A DNA stretch of 64,000 nt from Terracidiphilus sp. (GTDB lineage: Bacteria > Acidobacteriota > Terriglobia > Terriglobales > Acidobacteriaceae): assembly GCA_035549115.1 (NCBI GenBank), contig DASZRQ010000143.1:16641-80640 (forward strand), read 5' to 3'. Made by a program: the position numbers and the translations under genes. The notes beneath the pieces are model-generated. The model searched no databases. It had not been told where the DNA came from and was given only the letters and a program-made list of their open reading frames with translations. Positions within the stretch are counted from its first letter, which is position 1; each line of letters starts with the position of its first letter. Of the stretch, positions 43,841 to 53,087 are shown one piece after another.

Positions 43841-44212
43841 TCAGCCGCGTAGGCGGGCCAGCAGATCCTGCGGATGCACCGGCTTGGCGAGGATATCGAA
43901 CTCGTGCCCCTGCGCCCGCGCCTTCTCCAGCAGATCGGCGGTGGCAGCCTGGCCGGAAAATAGCAGCACTTTGACGGTGGGCAGCAGCGCCCGAATCTGA
44001 ATCGCGGCGTCAATGCCGTTCAGGTCGGCCATGATCACATCCGTGATCAGCATGTCCGGCACAAATGCGGCCGCCAGCTCCACGGCCTTTTCGCCGGAGT
44101 AGACCGCCTGCGCCTCAAAGCCGCTCTGGTTCAGAATCATTGCGAGCGTATCGGCGATGACGCGTTCATCGTCGACGACGAGAACCTTGGGTTTGACACG
44201 ATTTTCGTGCAT
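43841..44212 (-). CDS. Single-domain response regulator
   Basis: VLVVDDE, LITDVIM (phospho-Asp), LLFSG, ILAKP. Confidence 0.92.
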   Translation of the reverse strand: MHENRVKPKVLVVDDERVIADTLAMILNQSGFEAQAVYSGEKAVELAAAFVPDMLITDVIMADLNGIDAAIQIRALLPTVKVLLFSGQAATADLLEKARAQGHEFDILAKPVHPQDLLARLRG

Positions 44213-44582
44213 ACTCTCCTAGGATGCTGCCGGTCACTTATCTTCGTGCAGGGTTATACCGCAACGCGTGCGGCCTGAGGGCCCGTGAGCGGAGATGCGT
44301 GCACGTACCCGCCACGCCTTTCATCATACGCTGTACCGGCAGCGCCCATCGCATAACCTGCGGCGATTCCGGCCCCTTGCAAAGCTGCTCTGACCCCGCA
44401 CATTAACACACGCGCGCGTCCGCACCAACCATCGCTGGATTGAGAGAATCAACACAGGCATCGCGGAACCAGTTCGCTCTGTGGCCGTGCTTCGATTCAT
44501 CCCTCTGCAATCCCGCACTCATAGACTAGCAACAGTACCTGCCCGCTCGCCCTGCGAGCAGACCCGAACCGGAGAACACTGC

Positions 44583-45962
44583 ATGCAGGAAGCCGCAGTC
44601 CAGTCCCCCACTGTCGCGCAGACCGGCGCCATCATCCGCGCCGAGCGGATCGAGAAGTTCTACGCGCAGCCCAGCGAGAACCGCATTCAGGTCATCGCGG
44701 CCACCGACCTGAGCATTGTGCCGGGCGAAATCGTCGCGCTGCTCGGGCCCTCCGGCTCCGGCAAATCCACCATGCTGCGCATGCTCACCGGGCTTTCGCG
44801 CCCTTCCGCGGGGCGAGTCTACTGGCACGAAAAACCCATCACGGAAGCCGCAATCAACGTCTCCATCGTCTTCCAGAGCTTCGCCCTGTTTCCCTGGCTC
44901 ACGGTGCTCGAAAACGTGGAAGCGCCCCTGAAGGCCCGTGGCGTGGCGCCCGCCGAGCGCCACGAGCGCAGCATGAAGATGCTCGATACGGTCGGTCTGG
45001 ACGGCTTTGAGGCCGCCTATCCCAAGGAACTCTCCGGCGGCATGCGCCAGCGTGTGGGTTTTGCGCGCGCGCTCGTGGTCGAGCCGGAGGTGCTGTTCAT
45101 GGACGAGCCTTTTTCCGCCCTCGATGTGCTGACCGCCGAAAACCTCCGCAGCGAGCTGCTGGAGCTGTGGGCCAACAAGACCATGCCCACCAAATCGGTC
45201 TTCATCGTCACCCACAACATCGAAGAAGCCGTTCTCCTGGCCGACCGCATCATCGTGCTGGGCCGCAACCCAGGCCACATCCGCACCGATTTCCGCGTGC
45301 AGCTCGCCCAGCCCCGCGACCGCAAGTCCGAGCCGTTTACCCAGCTCGTGGACTACATCTACAAGGTGCTCACGCGGCCCGACGTGGCCCCGGCCGAAGC
45401 TCCCGATCAGCAGACCGGGCGCAGGCCCCGCGACCAGCGTCAGATGCGTTACCAGATGCTGCCCCATGCGCGCCCCGGCGGCATCGCCGGCCTGCTCGAG
45501 CTGCTGCTGGACAAGGGTGGCCGCGACGACATCTACCGTCTCGCCGACGATCTGGCCTTCGAGATCGACGACCTGCTGCCCATTGTCGATGCCGCCCAGT
45601 TGCTCGGCTTCCTCAAGGTCGAGGAAGGCGACGCGGCGATCACCGAAGCCGGAAGCGAGTACGCAAACGGCGAGATTCTGCGGCAGAAAGAGCTGTTCCG
45701 CGATGCGGCGCTTGAGAATGTGCTGCTGCTGCGCCAGATTCGCCGCGCCCTGGAGTCCAAGAGCGACCACACCGTCTCCGAAGAGTTCTTCCTCGACATG
45801 CTCGACGAGCAGTTCAGCGAAGAGGAGAGCCAGCGGCAGGTGGAAACCGCCGTCACCTGGGGCCGCTACGCGGAGCTGTTCGACTTCGATGCCGGGCGGC
45901 GGCGTTTCGTGATGCCGGACGCACTCGAGGAAGAGATTGGCGCAATCGAGGATGCCGAGTGA
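44583..45962 (+). CDS. NitT/TauT-type ABC ATPase with C-terminal AAA-associated extension
   Basis: GPSGSGKS, FQSFALFPW, LSGGMRQR, MDEPFSALD, VTHN; extra C-terminal domain ending TWGRYAELFDFD. Confidence 0.92.
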   Translation: MQEAAVQSPTVAQTGAIIRAERIEKFYAQPSENRIQVIAATDLSIVPGEIVALLGPSGSGKSTMLRMLTGLSRPSAGRVYWHEKPITEAAINVSIVFQSFALFPWLTVLENVEAPLKARGVAPAERHERSMKMLDTVGLDGFEAAYPKELSGGMRQRVGFARALVVEPEVLFMDEPFSALDVLTAENLRSELLELWANKTMPTKSVFIVTHNIEEAVLLADRIIVLGRNPGHIRTDFRVQLAQPRDRKSEPFTQLVDYIYKVLTRPDVAPAEAPDQQTGRRPRDQRQMRYQMLPHARPGGIAGLLELLLDKGGRDDIYRLADDLAFEIDDLLPIVDAAQLLGFLKVEEGDAAITEAGSEYANGEILRQKELFRDAALENVLLLRQIRRALESKSDHTVSEEFFLDMLDEQFSEEESQRQVETAVTWGRYAELFDFDAGRRRFVMPDALEEEIGAIEDAE

Positions 45963-47701
45963 AGATTCATCCCTTTGCGCGCACCCTGGTTACGGCACGC
46001 ACCTGGCCCGTGGTCATTGACGCGGGTGTGGCCGCGTGCGGCCTGGCGGTGTTCTTCTCGGTCGTGAGCACCGGCACTTACTGGCTGGGCAAGCCGGTTC
46101 CTGTCGTGCCCATCTCGCACTCTCTGAGCGCGCTGCCGGGCTATGCCTTCTTCTCCATCGTGCGCATCGGCATCGCCTATCTCCTGAGCCTTGCCTTCGC
46201 CATCGTCTATGGCTATACCGCCGCGTACAACCCGCGCGTCGAGGCCTGGATGATCGCCGTGCTCGACATTCTTCAGTCCATCCCGGTCCTCAGCTTTCTG
46301 CCGCCCGTGGTTCTCGCCATGGTGGCGCTCATTCCCGGCCATCAGCTCGGCATCGAGCTCGGCGTGGTCCTGCTCATCTTCACCGGCCAGGTCTGGAACC
46401 TCGCCTTCAGCTTCTACTCGTCGCTCAAAAGCATTCCACGCGAGATGCTCGAAGCCTCGCGCATCTACCGCTACTCGGCCTGGCAGCGGTTCTGGCAGCT
46501 TGAGATGCCCTACTCGGCCATCGGCCTCGTCTGGAACTCCATCGTCTCCGTCGCCGGCGGCTGGTTTGCGCTCATGGCCTGCGAGATGTTCACCATGGGC
46601 ACGCGCAACTTCCAGCTCCCCGGCCTTGGCAGCTATCTGCAAACCGCCGCGGACTCTGGCGACATGCGCGCGCTGATCGCCGGCTTCGCCGTAGTCATCC
46701 TCATCGTCATCGCCACCGACCAGCTCCTCTGGCGGCCGCTCATCGCCTGGAGCGACAAGTTCAAATTCGAGCAGGTGGAATCGGCCGACCGGGTCAGCTC
46801 GCCCGTGCTTGAGCTGCTGCGCCGCTCGCGGCTCTTCAGCACCCTGCCGGGCCGCCTCTGGGAGCGCATCGAGGAGCCGCTGTATGAGCGCTTCGCCCGC
46901 AAGGAGAGCCGCCACGCCGTGCAGCCTCTCGATGAGAACCCCGCGCGCGGCGGAGCCTCGCCTGTTCTGTGGACGCTGGGGACGCTCGCCCTCACCATCG
47001 TCGGCTGGGGCGCATTCCAGGCCGCGCTCATGCTGCGCACCGTCACCTGGCCGGAGCTGCGGCTGCTGCTGGAAGGCGCGGGGGCAACCTTCCTCCGGGT
47101 CAACACGGCCCTGCTCATCTCCGCTCTGTGGACGGTGCCGGTCGGCGTCATGATCGGCTTCAGCCCAAGGCTTGCGCTGTTTGTCCAGCCGGTTGCGCAG
47201 ATTCTGGCCTCCGTTCCGGCCACCGCCTTCTTTCCCATTCTGCTCATCGGACTGGTCAAGCTCGGCGGCGGCCTCGGCATCGGCTCCATCGCGCTCATGC
47301 TGCTGGGCACCCAGTGGTACATCCTGTTCAACGTCATTGCCGGAGCCATGGCCATCCCCTCGGACCTGCGCGAAGTGGCCTCGCTCTACCGCTTCACCCG
47401 CTGGCAGCGCTGGACCCGCCTCATCCTGCCCGGCATCTTCCCGTACCTCATCACCGGCATGGTGACGGCCAGCGGCGGCGCATGGAACGCCTCGGTCTTT
47501 GCGGAATACTCCCATGTTCCGGGCGGCACATTGCAGACCATCGGCCTCGGCGCGCAGATCAGTGCGGCCACGGACAGCGGCCGATTCCCCATCCTGCTGC
47601 TGGCCACCATCCTCATCTCTCTCATGGTGGTTACCATGAATCGGTTAGTGTGGCGAAAGCTCTATCGCCTGGCCGAAACCCGGTATAAACTCGAAGGCTA
47701 A
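45959..47701 (+). CDS. ABC permease with two fused TM domains
   Basis: Two BPD_transp_1-type halves (LDILQSIPVLSF...; QILASVPATAFFP...GAMAIPSDLRE); GTG start overlapping the ATPase stop. Confidence 0.9.
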   Translation: MKIHPFARTLVTARTWPVVIDAGVAACGLAVFFSVVSTGTYWLGKPVPVVPISHSLSALPGYAFFSIVRIGIAYLLSLAFAIVYGYTAAYNPRVEAWMIAVLDILQSIPVLSFLPPVVLAMVALIPGHQLGIELGVVLLIFTGQVWNLAFSFYSSLKSIPREMLEASRIYRYSAWQRFWQLEMPYSAIGLVWNSIVSVAGGWFALMACEMFTMGTRNFQLPGLGSYLQTAADSGDMRALIAGFAVVILIVIATDQLLWRPLIAWSDKFKFEQVESADRVSSPVLELLRRSRLFSTLPGRLWERIEEPLYERFARKESRHAVQPLDENPARGGASPVLWTLGTLALTIVGWGAFQAALMLRTVTWPELRLLLEGAGATFLRVNTALLISALWTVPVGVMIGFSPRLALFVQPVAQILASVPATAFFPILLIGLVKLGGGLGIGSIALMLLGTQWYILFNVIAGAMAIPSDLREVASLYRFTRWQRWTRLILPGIFPYLITGMVTASGGAWNASVFAEYSHVPGGTLQTIGLGAQISAATDSGRFPILLLATILISLMVVTMNRLVWRKLYRLAETRYKLEG

Positions 47702-47739
47702 CGAAGTGGGCTCAAGCCCTTCGGCTGGAGAGAGAACGA

Positions 47740-48798
47740 ATGATTCGCGTAGGGCTGATCGGCTTTGGCCTTGCCGGGCGTGTCTTTCATGCGCCCCTGC
47801 TTTCCTCGGTGGATGGATTCGAGCTGGCGGCGGTAGTGGAACGCACCACGGACAATGCCGCGGCTCTCTACCCCGGCATCACGACCTATCGCAGCATCGA
47901 CGAGCTCCTCGCCGACAGCAGCATCAAACTGGTCGTCGTGGCCACGCCGAACGCGACCCATTTCGACATCGCCTTGCGCGCCCTTGAGGCCGCGAAAAAC
48001 GTCGTGGTCGACAAACCGGCCGCTGTCTCCCCGGCGGAGATTGCCCAGCTTGTCGAGCTGGCCGGTGGCGTGGGCCTGCAACTGATCCCATTTCACAACC
48101 GCCGCTGGGACGGCGACTTCAGAACCCTGCAGATGCTCCTGCAGGAGAAGCAGCTTGGCTCGCTGGTGCACTATGAGTCGACCTTCGATCGCTGGCGTCC
48201 CGGCCTCTCTTCCCGCGCATGGAAGGAAGAGACCGAACAGGGCGGGCTCCTGCTGGACATCGGCACCCACCTCGTCGATCAGGCGCTGGTTCTTTTTGGA
48301 CCGCCCGAATCCGTCAGCGCAGAAGTGCGCCGCGAGCGCGACGGCGAAGGCGCCAACGACTCCTTCACCATCCGCCTGCACTACTTCACGGAGTTTTCCG
48401 TAACGCTGAGCGCCAACTGCCTCTCGTCGCTGGCACGGCCCCGCTTTCACCTGCGCGGCACCAAGGGAAACTACTGGAAGTGGGGCCTCGATCCACAGGA
48501 AGAGGCGCTGGGCAAAATCGCCCGCATTGAGGATGCCAACTGGGGCAAGGACCCGGCCGAGCGCTGGGGCACGCTGCACACGGATGCGGACGGCCTGCTG
48601 ACGGAGCAGCCCATTGAAACGGCCGCCGGCGACTACCGCATCTTCTACGAGGGCGTCCGCGATGCGCTGCTGGGCAAAGCGGAGGCTCCGGTAAACGGCC
48701 TGGATGCCTGGCGGGTTGCGCGCGTGCTCGAGTGCGCGGCGGAAAGCGCCAGAACCCATCGCTCTATCGATTGTGACTGGAGCGGCGCGCCGGAGTAG
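47740..48798 (+). CDS. Gfo/Idh/MocA family oxidoreductase
   Basis: VGLIGFGLAGRVFHAP, VATPNATH, VVVDKP, FHNRRWDGDF, GLLLDIGTHLVDQ. Confidence 0.93.
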   Translation: MIRVGLIGFGLAGRVFHAPLLSSVDGFELAAVVERTTDNAAALYPGITTYRSIDELLADSSIKLVVVATPNATHFDIALRALEAAKNVVVDKPAAVSPAEIAQLVELAGGVGLQLIPFHNRRWDGDFRTLQMLLQEKQLGSLVHYESTFDRWRPGLSSRAWKEETEQGGLLLDIGTHLVDQALVLFGPPESVSAEVRRERDGEGANDSFTIRLHYFTEFSVTLSANCLSSLARPRFHLRGTKGNYWKWGLDPQEEALGKIARIEDANWGKDPAERWGTLHTDADGLLTEQPIETAAGDYRIFYEGVRDALLGKAEAPVNGLDAWRVARVLECAAESARTHRSIDCDWSGAPE

Positions 48799-48803
48799 CG
48801 GCC

Positions 48804-50273
48804 TTACGCTGTGTCTGTGCCTTTTTTCCCGCCCAGCGGAACCCAGAAACGCATCGCCGTTCCCTGCCCCGGCGTGCTGAAAGCCTCGATGCCGCCCCCG
48901 TGCGCAATCATGATGGCGCGGGCAATCGCCAGCCCCATGCCGGTTCCCTTGCCTTTGCTGCCACTCTTTTTGCCCCGATAAAACTTCTCGAAGATCAGCG
49001 GCAGATCGGCCGAATCGATGCCGGGGCCGTCATCGGCCACCTCGAACTCGAGCCTTTCCGCCACGCGCCGGCTGCGCAGCACGATGCGGCTGCCCGCAGG
49101 GGTATACCGCGCCGCATTCTCCAGCAGATGACGCAGCACGCGTCCCAGAAGCTGCGGATCGAAGAGCACCGGCGCATCCGGCTCCTCCGTGGACAGCACT
49201 ACCTGATGCCGGGCCAGTGCGGCCCGCGACTTTTCCGCCGCCTGCTGCAGCAGCGCGCGCGGAGACTGCGGCGTGGCATGCACCTGCACCACCTTCGCAT
49301 CGATCTCCGCCATCTCCACCGCCTCGCCAATCAGCGCATCGAGCCGGGTGCTCTCTTCATCCACCAGCGCGGCAAGATCGAGACGGGCCGCATCGTCCAG
49401 CCCTTCGCCCTGCATCAGCGTCGTGGCCGCGGCGCGGATCGAAGTCAGCGGCGTGCGCAGCTCGTGGGTCAGCGAGTCGATGAGCGCCGTGCGCAGCCGC
49501 TCGCTTTCGCGGGCCGCTTCCAGCCGTGTAGAGGCCTCGATCGCCATGGCGCGGGCCAGGGCGATAGCCGCCTGCGCGGCCACAGCCGTCGCCACCTCGC
49601 GTGAAAGCGCGTTCGGCTTCCATCCCAGCGCCCCAACCTGGCGCACGCCCAGCATCAGCGGCATGGCCGTCAACTCGCCGGGCACAATCTCCAGCGTTCC
49701 CTGGCTCGGGCCAATCGCATGCAGGCTCGCCTTCAGGCTGGCGGGCAGCTCCGGCGACGAAGCGAAGTAGCGATCGCCGTCGCGCACATAGAGCGCCACG
49801 CCCTCCAGTGCGAAGATGCGGTGAATCATCCCCGGAAGCTGCTGCACCAGGCCGGCGGCATCGTCGATGAGCATCATCTCCTGGCTGAGCGTGTAGAGCC
49901 GCTCCACGTCGGCCCGGCGCTGCTCGGCTTGCTGTGCCTGCCGCCGCGCCCGCTCCGCCACCCGGCCCGCCGCCAGTGAGCAGGCGACAAAGCAGAATAG
50001 CGCCACGCGCTCCGGAGCTCCAGCCAGATTGAAGGTATGCAGCGGCAGCAGGAAGAAGAAGTCAAATGCCAGCGTGCACAGCAGCGCGCAATAGAGCGAG
50101 AGCGCAATGCCCGCCTGGGTCGCCGTCCACACAACGAACACCAGAAACACCATGCCGGCAGTCGTCGATCCTGCGCCGAGCCAGACCAGAACAACCGTGG
50201 TCAAAACGGCCGCAAGCGTCGTTCCGGTCCACTGGAGCGCGCTGCGGGTATGAGCTGGCATGGATGCGAGCAT
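48804..50273 (-). CDS. kdpD: KdpD-like sensor kinase, C-terminal half only (DUF4118 TMs, GAF, HisKA, HATPase)
   Basis: Four N-terminal TM helices (FDFFFLLPLHTF), LTHELRTPLTSI, LLENAARY, DDGPGI, FEKFYRG, GMGLAIA. Start uncertain (50273 or 50261). Confidence 0.85.
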   Translation of the reverse strand: MLASMPAHTRSALQWTGTTLAAVLTTVVLVWLGAGSTTAGMVFLVFVVWTATQAGIALSLYCALLCTLAFDFFFLLPLHTFNLAGAPERVALFCFVACSLAAGRVAERARRQAQQAEQRRADVERLYTLSQEMMLIDDAAGLVQQLPGMIHRIFALEGVALYVRDGDRYFASSPELPASLKASLHAIGPSQGTLEIVPGELTAMPLMLGVRQVGALGWKPNALSREVATAVAAQAAIALARAMAIEASTRLEAARESERLRTALIDSLTHELRTPLTSIRAAATTLMQGEGLDDAARLDLAALVDEESTRLDALIGEAVEMAEIDAKVVQVHATPQSPRALLQQAAEKSRAALARHQVVLSTEEPDAPVLFDPQLLGRVLRHLLENAARYTPAGSRIVLRSRRVAERLEFEVADDGPGIDSADLPLIFEKFYRGKKSGSKGKGTGMGLAIARAIMIAHGGGIEAFSTPGQGTAMRFWVPLGGKKGTDTA

Positions 50274-50335
50274 CTCATCGGGAATGATACCGGCAATGGA
50301 CGATGATGTAATCTGCATCCGGGAAGTGAACGGCA

Positions 50336-51031
50336 ATGCCCGAACGTATTCTTGTCATCGACGACGAACCCCAGATTACCCGCGTCCTTCGCGCGGCCCT
50401 CACCGCGCAGGGCTTTGATGTACGCATCGCCAACGATCCCGAGGAGGGTTTGCGCGTCTTCAGCGAGTGGCAGCCGGATCTGGTTGTGACCGACCTGATG
50501 ATGCCGGAGATGACGGGCGTGGACATCTGCCGCGCTATTCGTACAGCCTCTTCAACGCCCATCATCGTGCTTTCCGTGCGCGATCACGAGCGATCAAAGG
50601 TGGAAGCGCTGGATGCGGGCGCTGATGACTACGTAACCAAGCCCTTCGGCATTCAGGAACTGCTGGCGCGTGTGCGCGCTCACCTGCGGCGTGCGCCGGA
50701 ACGCACCGCCACGGCAATCGAGGTCGGCGACTTCGTCGTCGACGTGGATGCCCATGCGATCACTGTGCAGGGCAAGCCGATCCATCTCACACCCAAGGAA
50801 TTCGACTTGCTGGTTCTGCTGGCGCGCAACGCCGGCAAGGTGATGACGCACCGCGCTCTGCTGACCGCGGTCTGGGGCGCGCACTCGGCCCATCAGCCGG
50901 AATACCTGCGCGTCTTTGTCGGCCAGCTCCGCAAGAAACTCGAAGGCGAAACCGGCCGCCAGTACATCCAGACCGAACCCTGGGTCGGCTACCGCTTTGT
51001 GCCCGAGGGCTGGACGGGCGAAGAGCAGTAA
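50336..51031 (+). CDS. kdpE: OmpR-family response regulator KdpE
   Basis: ILVIDDEPQI, DLMMPEMTG, ALDAGADDYVTKPF, LTPKEF, YLRVFVGQLRKK, QTEPWVGYRF. Confidence 0.93.
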   Translation: MPERILVIDDEPQITRVLRAALTAQGFDVRIANDPEEGLRVFSEWQPDLVVTDLMMPEMTGVDICRAIRTASSTPIIVLSVRDHERSKVEALDAGADDYVTKPFGIQELLARVRAHLRRAPERTATAIEVGDFVVDVDAHAITVQGKPIHLTPKEFDLLVLLARNAGKVMTHRALLTAVWGAHSAHQPEYLRVFVGQLRKKLEGETGRQYIQTEPWVGYRFVPEGWTGEEQ

Positions 51032-51050
51032 ACCCGCGCCGTCTGCCGTC

Positions 51051-51070
51051 TTTATCTTTTCTTTAGCTTT
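51051..51070 (+). promoter_or_regulatory. Candidate KdpE binding site
   Basis: TTTATC-TTTTC-TTTAGC: two TTTA half-sites 11 bp apart in a T-rich tract, like the E. coli kdpFABC site TTTATACTTTTTTTACA. Confidence 0.65.
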
Positions 51071-51154
51071 CCCTTTCCCCCTCCCAACGCAGCCGAAGGC
51101 AGAATCGATCTTGTTGCGCCGGGTCATGCCTGCGCGCGGATCGGGGTTTCCGCT

Positions 51155-51241
51155 ATGCAAGACCTCCTCATGCTCTTCTTCACGGCGCTGTTCTTCGGCC
51201 TGGCGTTTCTCTACGTCAAGGCGTGTCACAAGCTGAGGTAG
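51155..51241 (+). CDS. 28-aa hydrophobic peptide upstream of kdpF
   Basis: Not in the ORF track. MQDLLMLFFTALFFGLAFLYVKACHKLR; single TM, GC3-rich; its end supplies the GAGG SD of kdpF. Confidence 0.7.
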   Translation: MQDLLMLFFTALFFGLAFLYVKACHKLR

Positions 51242-51244
51242 CCC

Positions 51245-51334
51245 ATGGACTGGATTACGGCAGTTGCGCTCATTCTGGCAATCATCCTCATGATTCACCT
51301 CACCGTCTCCCTGCTCTTCCCGGAGAAATTCTGA
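51245..51334 (+). CDS. kdpF: K+-transporting ATPase subunit F
   Basis: Not in the ORF track. MDWITAVALILAIILMIHLTVSLLFPEKF with the KdpF LxxPEKF end; stop is 1 nt before the kdpA ATG. Confidence 0.92.
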   Translation: MDWITAVALILAIILMIHLTVSLLFPEKF

Positions 51335-51335
51335 A

Positions 51336-53063
51336 ATGACTGCGAACGGTTGGCTGCAGTTTGCGCTGTATTGCGTGGTTTTATTGCTTACGGTCCGCCC
51401 CGTTGGTCTCTATATGGCGCGCGTTCTGGAGGGTGAGCATACCTGGCTCGACCCGCTGGTGCGCCCGATTGAACGGCTGCTCTACAGGCTCTGCGGCATT
51501 TGCCCCGATCGGGAGATGAACTGGCGCGAGTATGCCTTCGCCATGCTGGGCTTCTCGGCCGTCAGCATGCTGCTCACCTATGTCCTTGAGCGCATGCAGG
51601 CCGTCATCAGGCTGTGGAACCCGCAGAGCCTTGCCGCCGTGGGACCGGACCTTGCCTGGAACACCGCCGCCAGCTTCACCACGAACACCAACTGGCAGTC
51701 CTATACGCCGGAAAGCACCATGAGCTACCTGACCCAGATGGCCGGGCTCGCCACGCACAACTTCTTCTCCGCGGCCGTCGGCATTGTTGCCGCAGTCGCC
51801 CTCGTGCGCGGCATCAAGCGGACCAGTTCCGCGACCATCGGCAACTTCTGGGTGGATACGACCCGCACCATCTTTTACATTCTGCTGCCAGGGTCGATTC
51901 TTTATGCACTGCTGCTGGTTGCGCAGGGCGTGCCGCAAAACCTGCATGCCTATACCGTTGCACACACGCTCGAAGGGCAGACACAGACCATCGGACAGGG
52001 ACCGGTCGCCTCGCAGGAAGCCATCAAGATGCTGGGCACCAACGGCGGCGGCTTCTTCAACGCCAACTCGGCCCATCCCTACGAGAATCCAACTCCCTTC
52101 ACCAACTTTATCCAGATTCTCTCCATCTTCATCATCCCTGCCGGACTCACCTACACGCTGGGCAAAATGACCGGCTCGCGCGGTCATGGCTGGGCCGTCT
52201 TTGCCGCCATGTTCGTTCTCTTCGCGGCGGGCTTCACTTCCATTTACTGGGCCGAGGCGCATCCCCATCCGCTCATCCACGGCGCGCAGCAAGCAGCCAC
52301 GCTCACCGCGCCCGGCGGCAACATGGAAGGCAAGGAGGTCCGCAACGGCATCGCCGAGTCCTCCCTCTTCGCCGCCATCACCACGGACGCAAGCTGCGGC
52401 GCGGTGAACAGCATGCACGACAGCTTCACGCCCCTCGGCGGCATGGTTCCCCTGCTCAACATCATGCTCGGCGAAGTCATCTTCGGCGGCGTCGGCTCCG
52501 GGCTCTACGGCATGCTCATCTTCGTGGTGCTCGCCGTCTTCATCGCGGGCCTCATGGTGGGCCGCACGCCGGAGTATCTGGGCAAGAAGATCGAAGCCTA
52601 CGACGTAAAGATGTCCATGCTCTACGTGCTCATCTTTCCGCTCATCATTCTCAGTCTCACCGCGGTCTTCGTTCTCTCGCCCAGCGTCGGCCTCTCCTCG
52701 CTCAACAATGCCGGACCCCATGGGCTTACCGAAATCCTCTACGCTTTCACCTCGGGAGCGGGCAACAACGGCTCGGCCTTCGCGGGCCTGAATGCCAATA
52801 CCTGGGGCTACAACGTCGTGCTGGGCTGGGATATGCTCATCGGCCGCTTCCTGATGATGATTCCCGTGCTGGCGCTGGCAGGCAATCTGGCGCAGAAAAA
52901 GAGCGTGCCGCCCTCGCCCGGCACATTCCCGGTGCATACGCCGCTCTTCACCGTATTGCTGATCGGCGTGGTGCTCATTCTCGGTGCGCTCACCTTCTTT
53001 CCCGCGCTGAGCCTGGGCCCCATCCTCGAACACCTGCTACTGAAGTCTGGCCAGCTTTTTTAA
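51336..53063 (+). CDS. kdpA: K+-transporting ATPase subunit A
   Basis: SFTTNTNWQSY, IKMLGTNGGGFFNANSAHPYENP, SCGAVNSMHDS, GGVGSG, NNGSAFAG. Confidence 0.99.
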   Translation: MTANGWLQFALYCVVLLLTVRPVGLYMARVLEGEHTWLDPLVRPIERLLYRLCGICPDREMNWREYAFAMLGFSAVSMLLTYVLERMQAVIRLWNPQSLAAVGPDLAWNTAASFTTNTNWQSYTPESTMSYLTQMAGLATHNFFSAAVGIVAAVALVRGIKRTSSATIGNFWVDTTRTIFYILLPGSILYALLLVAQGVPQNLHAYTVAHTLEGQTQTIGQGPVASQEAIKMLGTNGGGFFNANSAHPYENPTPFTNFIQILSIFIIPAGLTYTLGKMTGSRGHGWAVFAAMFVLFAAGFTSIYWAEAHPHPLIHGAQQAATLTAPGGNMEGKEVRNGIAESSLFAAITTDASCGAVNSMHDSFTPLGGMVPLLNIMLGEVIFGGVGSGLYGMLIFVVLAVFIAGLMVGRTPEYLGKKIEAYDVKMSMLYVLIFPLIILSLTAVFVLSPSVGLSSLNNAGPHGLTEILYAFTSGAGNNGSAFAGLNANTWGYNVVLGWDMLIGRFLMMIPVLALAGNLAQKKSVPPSPGTFPVHTPLFTVLLIGVVLILGALTFFPALSLGPILEHLLLKSGQLF

Positions 53064-53087
53064 CCCGCACAAGAGAGACGAACGGTT

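Noticed and set aside
44213-44582. Riboswitch in the 370-nt spacer before the ABC ATPase
   Set aside because: A CTTATC reminiscent of SAM-I is present but the remaining conserved elements are not; only short hairpins were seen. An Rfam scan would be decisive.
51032-51154. c-di-AMP (ydaO) riboswitch upstream of kdp
   Set aside because: Conserved ydaO elements were not found and the space is short; the T-rich KdpE-like box explains the region better.
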